The notes under the pieces are model-generated. The model was given only the letters and a program-made list of their open reading frames with translations. It was not told the DNA's origin and did no database searches. Position numbers and translations under genes: made by a program. A DNA stretch of 64,000 nucleotides from Negaprion brevirostris (taxonomy: Eukaryota), in contig JARDVH010000121.1 in NCBI GenBank assembly GCA_030324005.1, forward strand, positions 29,407,481-29,471,480, read 5' to 3'. Positions 40,551 through 53,889 of the stretch are shown here, piece after piece; the first letter of the stretch is position 1, and every line of letters starts with the position of its first letter.

Positions 40551-41668
40551 GTAACAGTTGGGTTTATTTAACTGTTTTAATGGGGCATCAAAATTGGAGG
40601 ACCCCCAGCAGATTGGGAACAAGGGGGTGAGGGAGGGGGAGGTTCACTTGGGCACTGCCAGTCTGTCACATTGCCTGGAGCCTGCTGGGCACATCTAGTG
40701 TCTAGTGGAAGCGGGGGTGGGGGGGCAATGCCACTCTCCAACAGCAATTGGGAGTGGGGAGGGGAGGGGTACTGCTGCGCTCTGCAACAGCAATTGGGTG
40801 TTGGTCCAGGTGAGGGAGAATTCTCTCCTGTTTAGACACTCATTTGGAACTGTGAAGGTTTTTGATTAGATTGCTCCCTTTACCATTTTTTGGATTCACC
40901 ATTTTTTTTAAATGGTTCCCTCCCCCCTCTCTGATTACAACGAGGATCACTACTGGTCTCCACCACGTTAGGCGGGTGGAGTGGGTAGGTGCTCTGAAAC
41001 CATTTAAACCCCCAGGGGGTGAGGGGCGTGGCCGAGCATTACACATCGGACAGTACCCACCTGGTCATGCCCAACTAGTACAGTGGAAGGACCCACCTGG
41101 AACACTGATTGTGGCCAACAGGCAACCCAGTGGTGTGCCAGTTGTGCACCAGCAGTATGCCAGGGCCAGTGCCAAGAAAGTGGGTTCTATGCAGGGGATT
41201 CTGTTAGGAGGTGGGGTTCTGACTGGAGGGAGAAGGCACTCTGACCAGGGGAAATCATGCAGGGGTGGATCATGAAGGCGGTCAAGATGGGGCCAATGGT
41301 TTCCGGTATGATGATGGGGCACATGATACCCATGACTCCTGCCGAGACAAGGATGGACAAACATACTGCTGATGAGTGGGTGGGGTGGGGGATGGTAATG
41401 TAGCGATGTCCATGCAGTGAGCAAGGGGGTCTCCCAGTGTACTCTGAGATTGGGGTACCCTCGCAAAATGGTGTCTGAACATTCTGAAGCCAGGGTCACC
41501 AACGCTGAACCCAGGGTTTAGATCCTGAACCCTCCAATACCAGTGCAAAACTTCCAACTCTCCAAAAAAGTGACCGAGTGTGGGAAGATTGCAGTGAGGA
41601 ATGTGCCTGAGAGACTAGCATGGATCACTCCATCGTTCTCACCATTATGACACTAGAATTCCACCCAT
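40545..41668. mobile_element. GC-rich DNA-transposon-like repeat(s)
   Basis: Shares blocks with 5560-5700 (TCTCCAAAAAAGT..CGAGTGTG.GA, GCATGGATCACTCC); ends TAGAATTCCACCC|ATT. Confidence 0.55.
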
Positions 41669-43505
41669 TGTGTCCAATTTTGGACAACGCAGGTCAAGAA
41701 AAATTTGAGGGCACTGGGGAGGTGCAGAAAGGTGTTCTGTGAACAGTTCCATGGGTAAGGCATTTCAGTTACAGTATGGTGGAGACCAATTTAGTTGTGA
41801 CTTTCAGGAGGAAAGGATAGTTACCCAAAAAGAGGTTGCAAAATGACAGAGCGATGGGAAAGAACAGGGTAGTGGGAGCAACTGAGTTGCTCTTGCAGTG
41901 AGTTAGCACAGATACAGGGTGGTATGGACTCCTTCTGTGCTGTAACCTTTCTATGTTGATGCCATCCAGAATCTGCGCTACTTAATAGTAGCCATTGCTT
42001 CAATTGGCATTTTAAAAATTTAAAAAACCCACTAGAATCTCAATAAGTCAATACCTTAACACATTTCTGTGCTTTCTGGACACTTAACAGTTAATAAAGA
42101 TGCAAATCTAATTTAATAGCACATGGTTGTAACTGAATAAGCCGACAGACGAACAGTAGACCATACTAAGCCCATGGGGCTGTGTGTATCTCACGATTTA
42201 TTCATCTCAATCTCAAGGACAGATACTGCACTATCTTTTCCACTTCCCTCCCACCGGGACTCTGTCTCTGCTCCCCCACCCCACCAAATAAATAGTGCTA
42301 GTTTTCCCAATTTCATGCACTACATATTAAACGAGCATGTCTATATTGGCAAACCACGCCTGCTTTCAATCACCCAACACCAGGGCATACAGAAAATATT
42401 GTTTATTGTAACACTGTCATGTAGAAAATGGTCCAGGACAACTGCGATCTTTCCCCTGTCAAGCAAAATAAAAATCGCCTGACAGCTCTTTACAGAAAGA
42501 CAACTCCCATTTAACTTACTGTATACTTCAACTCCACTCGATACCCTTAATCAACTTTGACCTTTTCAAACGTAATCTTGTTTAGTTACCGATGACATTC
42601 AATCTGTGATTGCTTAACATTCTTGCTAAGGTTTTAGGTTTTTTTCTGTCTTTCATCCTATTATGGCAGGGATTGATCAGTATTATAGGTGAATAATGAT
42701 ACATACAACAGGGCAACATAGTTGCAAGAACTTTCAAACATATGAACAAGAGTAATGCTTCAATGATCATTTAACAAACGTTGATTTTTTAAAAAAAATG
42801 CACATCCCACATTGTGTTATGTATCAAGTGGCAATATTACACGTAACAATCAGATGTTACTTTAAACAATGCACATTATGGTGAAATTTAAATAGATTTC
42901 AAGAAACCAAAGGAACAATTGGCAGCATTACTTCACTGGTCTATCTCATGATTATGTTTTGCTGAAGTATGTTAATTTGGAACAAGAAACTTCCATTCAT
43001 TGTTCTATACTCCTTCACCTACCTTGAAAGTAAAATCACGTTGAATCAGGACTTGATTGATTGCAACCAAATGTTTCAAAACATGTATAGATTTTTTTTA
43101 AAAAACACTTCTTACTGAATCATTTGGTTTTATTACTCATTTTCATGGGTGTTTTTTTGAATTTGGGACACCCTTCTGTGCTTAAATCATTAACCTTGCC
43201 TGTTTGCCTTTTGTGTAAAAAAGATCTGTCAACAGTAACTTTTCCACAATCTAATAAAAAAAATCTTCAAGAATGTGTTGCTTGCTGTAATGTACAATCC
43301 CACTGATAATATTGCTGTTCAATGAAACAAAAAGCCAGCCAAGTACAGTGCTTATGATCTCCTTATAAACTCCAGATATAATCCCTTGTTGCTAATCTAC
43401 AGTAACAGCTAGTACCTGAGCTATACTTATTACTAATGACATATACTCCATTCAACGTAAATATTGACACAAGAAAAATGCTTTGACGTAAAGAACAAAG
43501 CATTA

Positions 43506-43667
<162 letters not shown>

Positions 43668-43732
43668 TTATCCACAGTTGAGCATCTGCTTAAACCTCCC
43701 GGCCTTAGGGCTAACAGCAAGGCTTATTCCAC

Positions 43733-43772
43733 CTACAAAGTGAGGGAGAGACAGTGAGGCAGTATGTCAGAG
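43733..43772 (-). other. Candidate 3' splice acceptor (branch point, pyrimidine tract, TAG) upstream of the DOK ATG
   Basis: Minus strand reads CTCTGACATACTGCCTCACTGTCTCTCCCTCACTTTGTAG|GTGG. Confidence 0.45.
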
Positions 43773-45724
43773 TGAGAATGCATCAGCTGATACTCGATCA
43801 TTGCTGCTCCACGGAATGTACCACCATTCTCACTCACTGAAGGGCTGGTGTCAAAGGGTTCGTATTCACTAGAATGAAGTTACTGGCTCAAGCACAATGT
43901 TCTGATGCCAAAGATTTAAGCTTCTGTCAAAGACCTGAGCAAATGATATTAATCTGTTGTTGGTTCCTTAAATTAAAAACGTTCCCCAGTATTTTACTTC
44001 CTTTTTTTATGCAAAGCTTGGTGTATAAATCAGACCTGGAATTAAAATAACCCTTCAGAAAAAAAAATATAGGGAAGCTACTTTATGCAATTGGCTATTT
44101 TCATAAATACTTGGTACATTTAGATGCGCGTTCCTGCTTAAAATTTACATTACAGAGTAGACTCACTTTATTTTCTGCATGAAACCTGACTGAGATTAAA
44201 AAGAAAACAAGCCAAACCTGAACCCCTTCATCTTTGTAAAATACTGGCACAGGAAATCTGGATACCAAATAAAGCAGGACTGTGATCTGTTCCCAAACTA
44301 TTAATCATTGCATCTGTCAAATATATGTAATTACTTCATCAGTTGCATAAGTAGCGTAATACTTTGATGAGTGCAACACGTTTGTTGCAATGAACTTGGT
44401 ATAACAAATGCAAAAACAGAGTAAGTTCCAGTTTATTTGTGTTTATTTGTTCCCTACCATAAATAAGCAATTTTCTCAGTATTTAATTACCGGTATATTG
44501 TGCTTAGAAATATTGCACCTAATGTATTCAAGAAAAGTAAGTACTTTAAAAGATAACTTTTCAGGACTCAAAGGGTCAAATGCTCTCTCATAAGTGAGTG
44601 CAGGTTGAAGTTTTCCACTTAATTTTTCATTGGCTCCAAATGTTTAAAATACATATGAAGTTGGATGGAATCTCATCATGTTTGGCATCTACAAGACATT
44701 ATGTTTCCCATTTTATTCCCAAGCAGAGATAGGTGGGAAAATGTCTTCTGTTGCATGGCTCAAGGTANNNNNNNNNNCTTGGCAATATCAGGAATGGTTC
44801 ACATAAGGGATGGAAGGATAAATTTCCATATAAAGCCCCTTTTAGGTAAATTAGTTTTTTTTTAAATACACCTCTTCCCAAAAAATTAAACTCTCATGCA
44901 TCAAATTTCTATCCCGATGAGGATTGGAGTTATTTATTCCTTGCTTTAATGAAAATCAACGCAATTGAAAGCTTTGCCTAAATAGGGCCCTTCAGGCAGA
45001 CCTCAACAGTGGGCAGGTCTGCTTTGAGTAAAGCAAAAACCAGCCTGCAGGCTGCTTACATCATCTCCCTGACCCCAATTTTTGTGGTCTGCATTCTCCC
45101 CTGGGTCTAGTTACTATTTCTTGGGATGAAGAATAGAAATTAAGATCCAGAGGTAAATGCAGTTTTTGGCATACCCCCATGGCAAAATATATAGATCTGT
45201 TGGCTATGACAAACCAACAACCTAAACAATGTCATGAGTGTACAGGTTGAAGGCATGAAGTTAACCAAATCTGGTTCAGGTTCAGGAATTTTTACTGTCC
45301 CACAGATGCTTTGGATAACAACATTTATTCTGTTGAATAAAAATATAACTCAAGAACCATGCAGTTGAGTGCTTTGAGTTTAAGGTAAATTTAACAAAAA
45401 AGGTGCAGATATATTTGTTGCTTTCACTGTGACAGGCAAATATTACCCTTTATGCCCTATACATGCTATAATAGGGACTATACTTCAAAAGTAGTAAATT
45501 GGCTGTAAAGTGCTTTGGGACATTTGAGGTTGTGGAAGGCACTGTGCAAATCTTTCTTCAATGGTCACTCATCCTCTCAAGCCAATTTGATTTGCTATTG
45601 GCTAAAAGGTACATTATATCTCTGTAACTGAATGATTTTTAATTCAAAACCTGGTACTTAAAATGTATCCTGCCAATACTTCCTAAGCTGCAATCGCTGA
45701 CAACCCATGATATTTTTCAATAAC

Positions 45725-45975
45725 AAGCTCTAGTCTCAGTTTGAGGACAGGGGGTAAACCTTTTAGAACTGAGGGGAAACTTCTTCCCCCAGTGGGTGGT
45801 GAATGTGTGGAATTCACTAGTAGTTGAAGCCAAAGTGTTGTCTAATTTCAAGAAGAAATTAGGTGTAGCTCTTGGAACTAAAGGGATATTGAATTTGATG
45901 ATCAGCCATGAACAAAATGAATGGCAGAGCAGGCTCGAAGGGCCAAATGATCTACTCCTGCTTCTATTTTCTATC
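45725..45975 (+). mobile_element. CR1 3' end, internally deleted
   Basis: Encodes VVNVWNSL..VEAKVLSNFKKKL, followed by the GGCTCGAAGGGCCAAATG tail. Confidence 0.75.
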
Positions 45976-46744
45976 AAGGTAAGCCTCAATCTTGAAGTGC
46001 CCAACAACCTAGTGACAAGAAGGAGTTCAGTCCATTCCTTGAGTCAAAGAAACTTTGATTGAGAAATCTGAGGAAATGAATGTTTCAATGGTGCTCTTGA
46101 TAACAGCATAGATTCAGTCCTACCTCAGGACATCTACTGTCACTCCTCAGCAACAAGCAAATACCATGAAGTGAATCAACAAGGCTGCTTAAATGTTTCA
46201 TTGTATAGTAGAGATCTGATAATTATCCAGCCTCAATCATTCACTTTGCTATGTTTTCCAGGAACTCACTCAGATTAATTCTTCTGCATTGGATGTAAAT
46301 TTTGCCAATTTAATCAGAAACATTTCCCCTGTGGTTAACTAATTTATTTTGCAAAGTTCTTACCAAGTTTATTTAAGCAATCTGTAAGATGTATTATTGT
46401 CAGTGGATTGATCATATCAGAACTCTAAGCATCCAAGGCCCCTTGAAAATTAGGGCAAATGTGAATGACTGGTAGCATTTATAAAAGAAAGATATGTCAT
46501 TTGCAGGAACATGTCTGTCACTATTGCTGAAGGAAAATAATTTGTTCAAATCAGAGTTGACACGATCTTTGTAATCTCCAATCTCGTGATACTATACATG
46601 CTCAGTTAAGCACAACATCAGGCATTTGCTGTTCAGAGAGTGGTTAGATGTGGACCTCTCTGCCACATAGCAGAGTTAAAGCAAATAGCATAGATGCATT
46701 TACAGGAAGCTCGACAAGTACACAAGGGAGAAAGGAATAAAAAG

Positions 46745-47030
46745 AACCTGGGTTTGACCCCGGCCTTGGGTGACTGTATAAATTTTGCACCTTCTCCCTG
46801 TGTCTGCATCAGCTTCATTCAAGTGCTCCAGTTTTCTCACAAAGTCCAAAGATGTGCCATTTAGATGCATTGGCCATGCTAAATTGTCCCCTAATGTCCA
46901 AAGATGTGCAGGTTGGATGGATTAGCCTTGGGAAATGTGTGGGGTTACGGTGGAGTTGGGCCTGAGTAAGCTACTCTGTCAGAGAGTAGTTGCAGACTTA
47001 ATGGGTCCAATGTCCTCCTTCTGCACTAAG
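46745..47030 (+). mobile_element. HE1-like SINE with truncated head
   Basis: Contains GGCCTTGGGTGACTGT..TCCAAAGATGTGC..TTGGCCATGCTAAATTG. Confidence 0.75.
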
Positions 47031-47459
47031 AAATAATAAGGTTAGATGAAATAGCATGAGAGGAGGTTTGTGTGGAATGTTAATTCTGGCGTGGGCCGAT
47101 GGACTGAAGGGACTAATGTTTCTGTGATAGGCAATAAACAAATGGCATTCATTACGTTGCATTTGTCCATAGTCTCTCTCTCTCTGTTGGTTTTTGCACT
47201 GATTATTACCTTAATTAGAGAGCCAAAACCACACAGCACATAGTTCTCAGATCCCACGCATGTAAACAGAGATCCATAACTAATCAGATTGCAGAATTGT
47301 CAATGAGGAATGCAAAGTTGGGTGGAGGAAGTATAAGTGAGAGTATTTAAGTTAATGTCAAATCAGAACAGAAAGTAAAATAAGAGGGGGAAATAAGATT
47401 GAGATAAAAAGGGACAGAAAAAAATGTTTTAGAACAAGTATTTGCTATGTTAACTATAA

Positions 47460-48045
47460 TTCAATTAGTAGCACTCTAACCTCTGAATCACGAGCTTTTG
47501 GGATAAGTCCCAATCGAGGGCTTGACATGTTTTTCAGACAACTCATTAAACTGAGGTCGCTTCTGTCAACTTGCATGAATGTAAAGGATCCCATGATATA
47601 GCAGGGAGTTATTCCTGGTATCCTAGCTGATATTTACCCCTCATTCAACATCATAAAGAAAGAGATCATCTGGTCATTATTACATTGATATTTGTAGGAG
47701 TTTGTTATGTGCAAATTAGCTACCGCATTTCTGACATTACAGCAGGAAGTAAGTGAGTCACCATAGTCCCAGATGACCGTAGGCCGCTCTCCTCTGAGGG
47801 TGGAGAGCTGACTGGTGGTGATTTAACCTAAGGATTACCACACCTCAGGTGAGGAACAATAGCCTCAGTCAGTATAGGATTTGGACTTGCGCTGTTGGTG
47901 TCGCTCTGTATCACTAACCAGCTGTCCAGCCAAATGAGCTAATCCAACCTAAACTGAGCAAAACAATTACTGCTCTTCAAAAATATTTCATCAGCTGTCA
48001 AGCCCTCTAAAACATCTATTGATCATGAGAAGTGTTAAATAAAAA
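47460..48045 (+). mobile_element. DeuSINE/SacSINE1-like SINE interrupted by a third tRNA-SINE family (47748-47950, minus)
   Basis: Deu-domain-like TTAAACTGAGG..GTAAAGGATCCCATG..GCAGGGAGTT..TCCTGGT.TCCT.GC..ATATTTA.CCCTCA. The insert has a reverse tRNA-like head GGATTAGCTCATTTGGCTGGACAGCTGG. Confidence 0.6.
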
Positions 48046-48639
48046 CCTTTTTTGTTTTGTTATATATTTTTTTAAATCTCCAGCATTAAGTTGGAGGAAT
48101 GAGACCCCGCACTTGTAAAAGTTAACTTCCAGTTAAGTTGTTTGATAGGAATTAAAACTTGCCATGCCATCAGAAGCTTACATTTACTTGAATGGATAAG
48201 TTCTTTTTCCCTGATAAGGATTGTAGTTATCTACCACATAAGTATCTCAGGTTCAAAGCCTTCCATGTGCTTCACTGCTAAGTCTCTCAATGAGATGTTG
48301 GTATACCACCACTTCTGGTACATCAGGGCAACTCAGACAGCAAACACCTGATTTATGTGGTTAACTGAGCATGTGCAGTCAATAGAAGTTGTTGTCCTAT
48401 TTTCTTGTAAACAACAGTAAGTACCTCATTGATCCAGACTTTGTGATAAAAATAGCAATGTAATTGCGGTATAGCTTTGAAGTTACCAGATATTTCATAA
48501 GTACAGTCAAATATGGCCATCAGAATCTGTGCCAACATAAGAGGAATTCAGTTGCTTACTTTTTGTCCCTGATATTACTTCCCTTTTGTCTATTCCATTT
48601 AAGATGCAGTGAAAGCAAATCTTAATGGGCTGATCTGCG

Positions 48640-49525
48640 ACTCAGCACATCAAATTCTCCATCCCACTTTGACCTTGCCCTCTGAACTATTTTAAAGATG
48701 CTCAACATAAACTTGAGAAACAACAGCTCATCATTCTTGTAAGCACTCCACGGCTTTCTGGGTTCAACAACGGAGATCATCAATTTGAAGTCAAAACCTT
48801 TGTCCCCTTTCTTTATTAATTACTTTTGTTTTTGGACTGCAGCTGCCGGTGACTCTACATTTCCCATTTATATCTCCTCTGAAATTATCCTTTGTTTAAA
48901 AAATTGATCTATTAGCATTTTCCTTTCTTTTGCATTAACATCTCTTTTGTTTTTTAATCTATTCCACTATCCAGCCAGTCACATGATTTTGATTTCTGTT
49001 CTTCCTCTGTCCCCTTACCCTTGCCCTGCCTTTGTATTCGATCAATGCCTGTTATTTCTCTAACTTTTCCAGTTGGTGATCTTTTAGCAGAATGGGAAAT
49101 AGTTCAATGGCACAGTGGTTTGCACTGCTGCTTCTCAGCATGAGGGACTCGGGTTCACTTCTGACCTTGGGTCACTGCCTGGGTGAGTTTGCACNNNNNN
49201 NNNNNNNNNNNNNNNNNGTCTGCATGGGTTTCCTCCTGATGCTCCGGTTTCCTCCCACAATCCAAATATGTGCGAGTTAGGGGCAATTTGTCATGGCCAA
49301 TCAGCCTAAGTGTCAGGGAGATTAGGGCTCTAAATATGTGGGGTTATAGAGATGGGACTTGGGGGGATGGTTGTCAGCATAGGCTCGATGGATCAAATGG
49401 CCTTTTCCTGCACTGTAGATTCAATGGCTCTCTCTCTGCAGTCGCTGCCTGACCTGATGAGTGCTTCCAGAACTTCTTGTTTTTATTTCAGATTTCCAAC
49501 ATTTGCAGCATTTTGCTTTTGCATC
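48640..49525 (+). mobile_element. Decayed PLE family-B-like 3' region split by an HE1-like SINE (49105-49422)
   Basis: Encodes KLEKQQLIILVSTPR at ~48710. Tail GCTGCCTGACCTGATGAG..TTTATTTCAGATTTCCAACATTTGCAG is the reverse-complement counterpart of 8840-8910. Confidence 0.6.
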
Positions 49526-50394
49526 AAAATGCCTTCCCGACATTCTGGAAGACTATTTTAGATATTTTCATACTGGCAGAAAGTTAAAAGGTGTCATCCA
49601 ACAATCATTCACCAAGTACTTAAGCTTCACCCTCATTAATATGGACATCAGCAGAACTCCAGAACTGAATCACAGCCCTCGAACACACTGTATTTATGTA
49701 CTTATTCAAAAGAACATGGATAAACATACATTTAAATCTGGCATATTCTTCCAACAAATTTATTAAAGGCTCTAAGAACATTTGCCAGGATTTCCTGGCT
49801 ATATATAAACTGCAGGAATCATTCCACATTCTGTGCTTTATTTTCATACTGCATTTCATTAATGCACTGAGTGGCATGATTCCAACACTGTCCCTTAAAA
49901 TAACTTCAGCTTTCATACTGCTACATTCCTCATAGGGCTTAAATATCATGTAAACATATTTAGCACACAGTTTCACAGTTTCATAAATGTCAAATTCTAA
50001 TTAAAGGCCAGCTCATACATTTGCTTATATCAGCATTTATAGTCATAAATTTAAGTAATTTTTATACCAGACATCCAGTTTTAAATCACCTTTTTGTCTC
50101 AGAAAATGAGAAATGGGATAATCATTTGCATAAGTACCTTGTCAAAACCATTCTTTTCTTCTGAAAATCTCCTCCAATGCAGAACACTGCAAAAAAAAAA
50201 CTATTCATTGTGTTTTTTCTGTCATTGAATTCTCCTCATTACTGCTCCATCACTAAAGCTGGATAATTGAAACCAGATTCATTTGGCACATGAGCATTGA
50301 TTCCTCATCATCACCTGACAGGAAGTGAGTGTTATAAAGGTGTAATGAACAGTGACAATTTTCCCACCCAAGCAGAAATCTCTGTTTTTATAAA

Positions 50395-50413
50395 GCACTC
50401 CACCTAGTGGCTA
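50395..50413 (-). promoter_or_regulatory. Candidate CTCF site
   Basis: Minus strand AGCCACTAGGTGGAGTGC resembles the CTCF core CCAC/G-NAGRKGGCR. Motif only. Confidence 0.4.
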
Positions 50414-50635
50414 ATAAATTAATGATGTTTATATAACTGAGGCAAAAAAAAAGATTGACTGAAACTTATAGCCCAGCACTTCTGTTCCCAGGAAGGTCAT
50501 AACCTGAAATTACATCAGAACGTGTGCTGGGACAGCACTTACACACCCTGTTCCTCCCCACCCCACCCACCGCCTGCAACAACCACCCGGAGGTTCCATA
50601 GCAAGGACTGTGTTGGAATTGCCCAGTAAGATTCA

Positions 50636-50930
50636 ATGCCACAGTAGCACAGTGGTTAGCACTGCCGCCTCACACCGCTTTGGACCTGGATTCAATTCTG
50701 GCTTGGGTTGCTGTCTGTGCAGAGTCTGTACACTCTCCCTGTGTCTGCGTGAGTTTCCTCTGGGTGCTCCCGTTTCCTTCCTTAATCCAAAAGACATGCT
50801 GACTTTGGCCGTGTTAAATTCTCCCTCAGTGTACCCGAACAGGCACTGGAGTGTCGCAACAAAGAGTTTGTCCAGTAACTTCATTGCAGTATTGTTGTGA
50901 CACTGCTTGTGACATGAATAAATAAGCTTA
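50636..50930 (+). mobile_element. HE1-like SINE, tail type A
   Basis: Head GTAGCACAGTGGTTAGCACTGCCGCCTCAC and tail CAGTAACTTCATTGCAGT..AATAAATAA. Confidence 0.85.
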
Positions 50931-51115
50931 ACATGAAATGGGCAAATATCCTGGGAACTATCTGAAACTCTGATATATATTGGAAGATTAAATGATTCTG
51001 ATTCTCTTAGCAGAAGAGTTACCCAGGAAATGTCAGAAGGATTAAAATCACTTTTAACTCCTGACTAACAATAGTTACTGACACTTTCAGATCCTGCACT
51101 GGACCCCCTCATTCC

Positions 51116-51580
51116 CAGTAAGAAGTCTCATAACACCAGGTTAAAGTCCAACAGGTTTATTTGGTAGCAAACACCACAAGCTTTCAGGGCTTTGCCCCTT
51201 CGTCAGGTGAGTGGGGAGTTCTGATCACAAACAGGGCATATAAAGACACACGCTCAGTTTACAGAATACGGATTAGAATGTGAGTCTTTACAGCTAATCA
51301 AGTCTTAAAAATGCCGACAACGGGACTGGCGATAGCATTAAGCATAGGTTAAAGAGATGTGTGCTGTCTCCAGACAGGACAGTAAGTGAAATGTTGCAAG
51401 CCCAGGCAAGTCATAGGGGTTACAAATAGTGTGACATGAACCCAAGATCCTGGTTGAGGCCGTCCTCATGTGTGTAGAACTTGACTATCAGATTCTGGTC
51501 AGCGACTTTATGCTGTCTTCAGTCATGAAGGCCGCCATGGAGAATGCTAATCAAAGATTAGAGGCTGAATGCCCATGACC
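51116..51580 (-). mobile_element. Penelope-like element family A 3' end/pseudo-LTR
   Basis: 51360-51580 aligns with 1-220. The terminal segment is repeated at 51655-51765. Confidence 0.85.
51174..51210 (-). ncRNA. Minimal type I hammerhead ribozyme in the PLE pseudo-LTR
   Basis: Minus strand reads TCAC-CTGACGA-A-GGGGC AAA GCCCT-GAA-AGCT-T-GTGG: CUGANGA and GAAA cores, 5-bp stem II, palindromic AGCU stem III, and stem I UCAC/GUGG. Confidence 0.7.
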
Positions 51581-52515
51581 TCCTCATTTCCCCCAGTCTG
51601 ATGACCCAGCCCGCCAACTCCATAAACTCCCTGACTACAACACAATCTATGGTAATCATGGTGTGGAGATGCTGGCATTGGACTGGGTAAACACAGTAAG
51701 AAGTCTCACAACACCAGTTTGAAATCCAACAGGTTTATTTGGTAGCAAAAGCCACTAGCTTCCCATTCACATGACAAAGGGGNNNNNNNNNNNNNNNNNN
51801 NNNNNNNNNNNNNNNNNNNNNNNNNNNNNNNNNNNNNNNNNNNNNNNNNNNNNNNNNNNNNNNNNNNNNNNNNNNNNNNNNNNNNNNNNNNNNNNNNNNN
51901 NNNNNNNNNNNNNNNNNNNNNNNNNNNNNNNNNNNNNNNNNNNNNNNNNNNNNAACACCCCCCCATCCACACTCCCCTGACTACCCTACCATACCCAATT
52001 CCACCCTCCTCCACTGCCCCCTTTCCCCAATCATCTGACCCAAACCTCTCTTTACCCAACCCCCTGGACTACCTCACACCCCAGCTGACCATAACTACTC
52101 TCCTACTTCTCAAATCAGCCTCCCTACCATTTGACCTCATTCCCCCAGCCCTCCAACCAGGCTTCTACCTCATTCACTGAACTCAGACAACTACCTGTCA
52201 AAGGTGTTGCAACCTTTAAATTTAACCTGCTTCACAGTAACTGGAGTTACTGTGGTTCACTGGAAGGACCCCTAAGCTGCTGCAATGCATATTTTTAACA
52301 AGTCCGAGGTTGAAAGTCTGGATGAGAAATGTGCTGTTCCATTCCAGTGTATTAAATGGTAATCCCACTCCATGAATGTTCTGGACCCAGGTCCCACAAC
52401 AAATCTGGAGTAAATTGATGGGAATGAAACATGTTCACCCCTCTCTATTGGGTAACCAAAATGACGTTAAAAAATGAATTAGAACAATTGTGGCTTCAAA
52501 AGGGAAAGGTGCAGA

Positions 52516-52820
52516 TCTATTTATTTATTAGTATCACAAGTAGGCTTACATTAACACTGCAATGAAGCCACAGTGAAAATCCCCTAGTCGCCTCACCCTA
52601 GTGCCTGTTCTGGTACACCGAGGGAGAATTTAGTATGGTCAATGCACCTAGCCAGCACATCTTTCTGACTGTGGGAGGAAACCAGAGCATCCTGAGAAAA
52701 CTCACACAGATATGGGGAGAACATGCAGACTCCACACAGACAGTGACCAAAGCCTGGAATCGAACCTAGGTCCTTGATGCTGTGAGGCAGCAATGCTAAC
52801 CATTGTGCCACAGTGCCGCC
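52516..52820 (-). mobile_element. HE1-like SINE, tail type A
   Basis: Full head and tail visible on the reverse strand. Confidence 0.88.
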
Positions 52821-53889
52821 AAACTCCCTGAAAGCAGAAAGAGAGAGAGTTAGCTCTTAAATTTGTCGGATTGGCAAGTTTTGGATGAAGCAGAATTAGT
52901 GGGTGGAGATGTTCCAGGCGATGTATCTTATGGCTTGTCAAATTCCTGAAAGCTGAGATCTTTCACTGGACAGAGAGTTGGATGACAAATCAACCATGTT
53001 GTTCCTAACAAGCTCTGGGCAATTAATTATGAGAGGGGATCCAAATCAGAGGTGGGGGGCAGGGGGTGGGGAGGGAATGAGATCATGCAATAGATAGCAA
53101 ATTATAAATACAGTGACCGTACACTGGATCTATCATCCTCCAGCCTCAACACCCCATGTTACTGGCACAGATCTGTGAACACACATGCTCTGCTTATATT
53201 TATACCAATATATTAATGACAATGGTCTATTGGCAGTGGAAGCACTTCTTCTTGTTCTTTAAGAAATATTGTTCTCCAGAAGTGATTTATTTCTTCAAGC
53301 TAAATTACCAGAAAATTGCATGCAAGTTTTGAAAAATTAGGTCATATATTTTAAATTCTCTGTATGCATGACAGTCTGTCATAAATCACCACATCATCAT
53401 TTTGTTAATGTGCTTCCACACATGGGGTTTCCATCAATATAATTTATCCTTTTTTGCTCCATTGTCAGTACTCTTGCATCTTCTAATGTCATACTGATGC
53501 TCTTCATGTCTTGGTTCTTGTCAGCTGCAGCATTGCTGTCAGGGTTTTTTTCCCCCTTCAGGTCCCCAGTTGAGCTTTTTGTTAAGCAGACACTTGTTGG
53601 GTATCTGAAGGACATGATCAAACAAATGCAGATTTTTTAAAAAAAATTCAATGCTTTCCTGCTCTCTGTCCAATGGCTGTGTTAGCACCTTTGGCCTGCG
53701 CCTTTATTCTCAATGCACGGGAATGGCACTGATAGTCAAAGACAATGGAGATGGATCTTGCCTCCACGATGGTGGAATATGTATAACCAAGCATCAGCAG
53801 ATTTTTGCCTCTCCCGTCTTTTGTTTCCATTCTAGTCAATGGAAAAGTGTTTCTTTTTACAAAGCTGGATAAAGTCAAAATCATCCTCA

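Noticed and set aside
49448-49470. Hammerhead from CTGATGAG at ~49453
   Set aside because: No downstream stem II or GAAA. It appears to be a point variant of the PLE tail motif GACCTGCTGAG.
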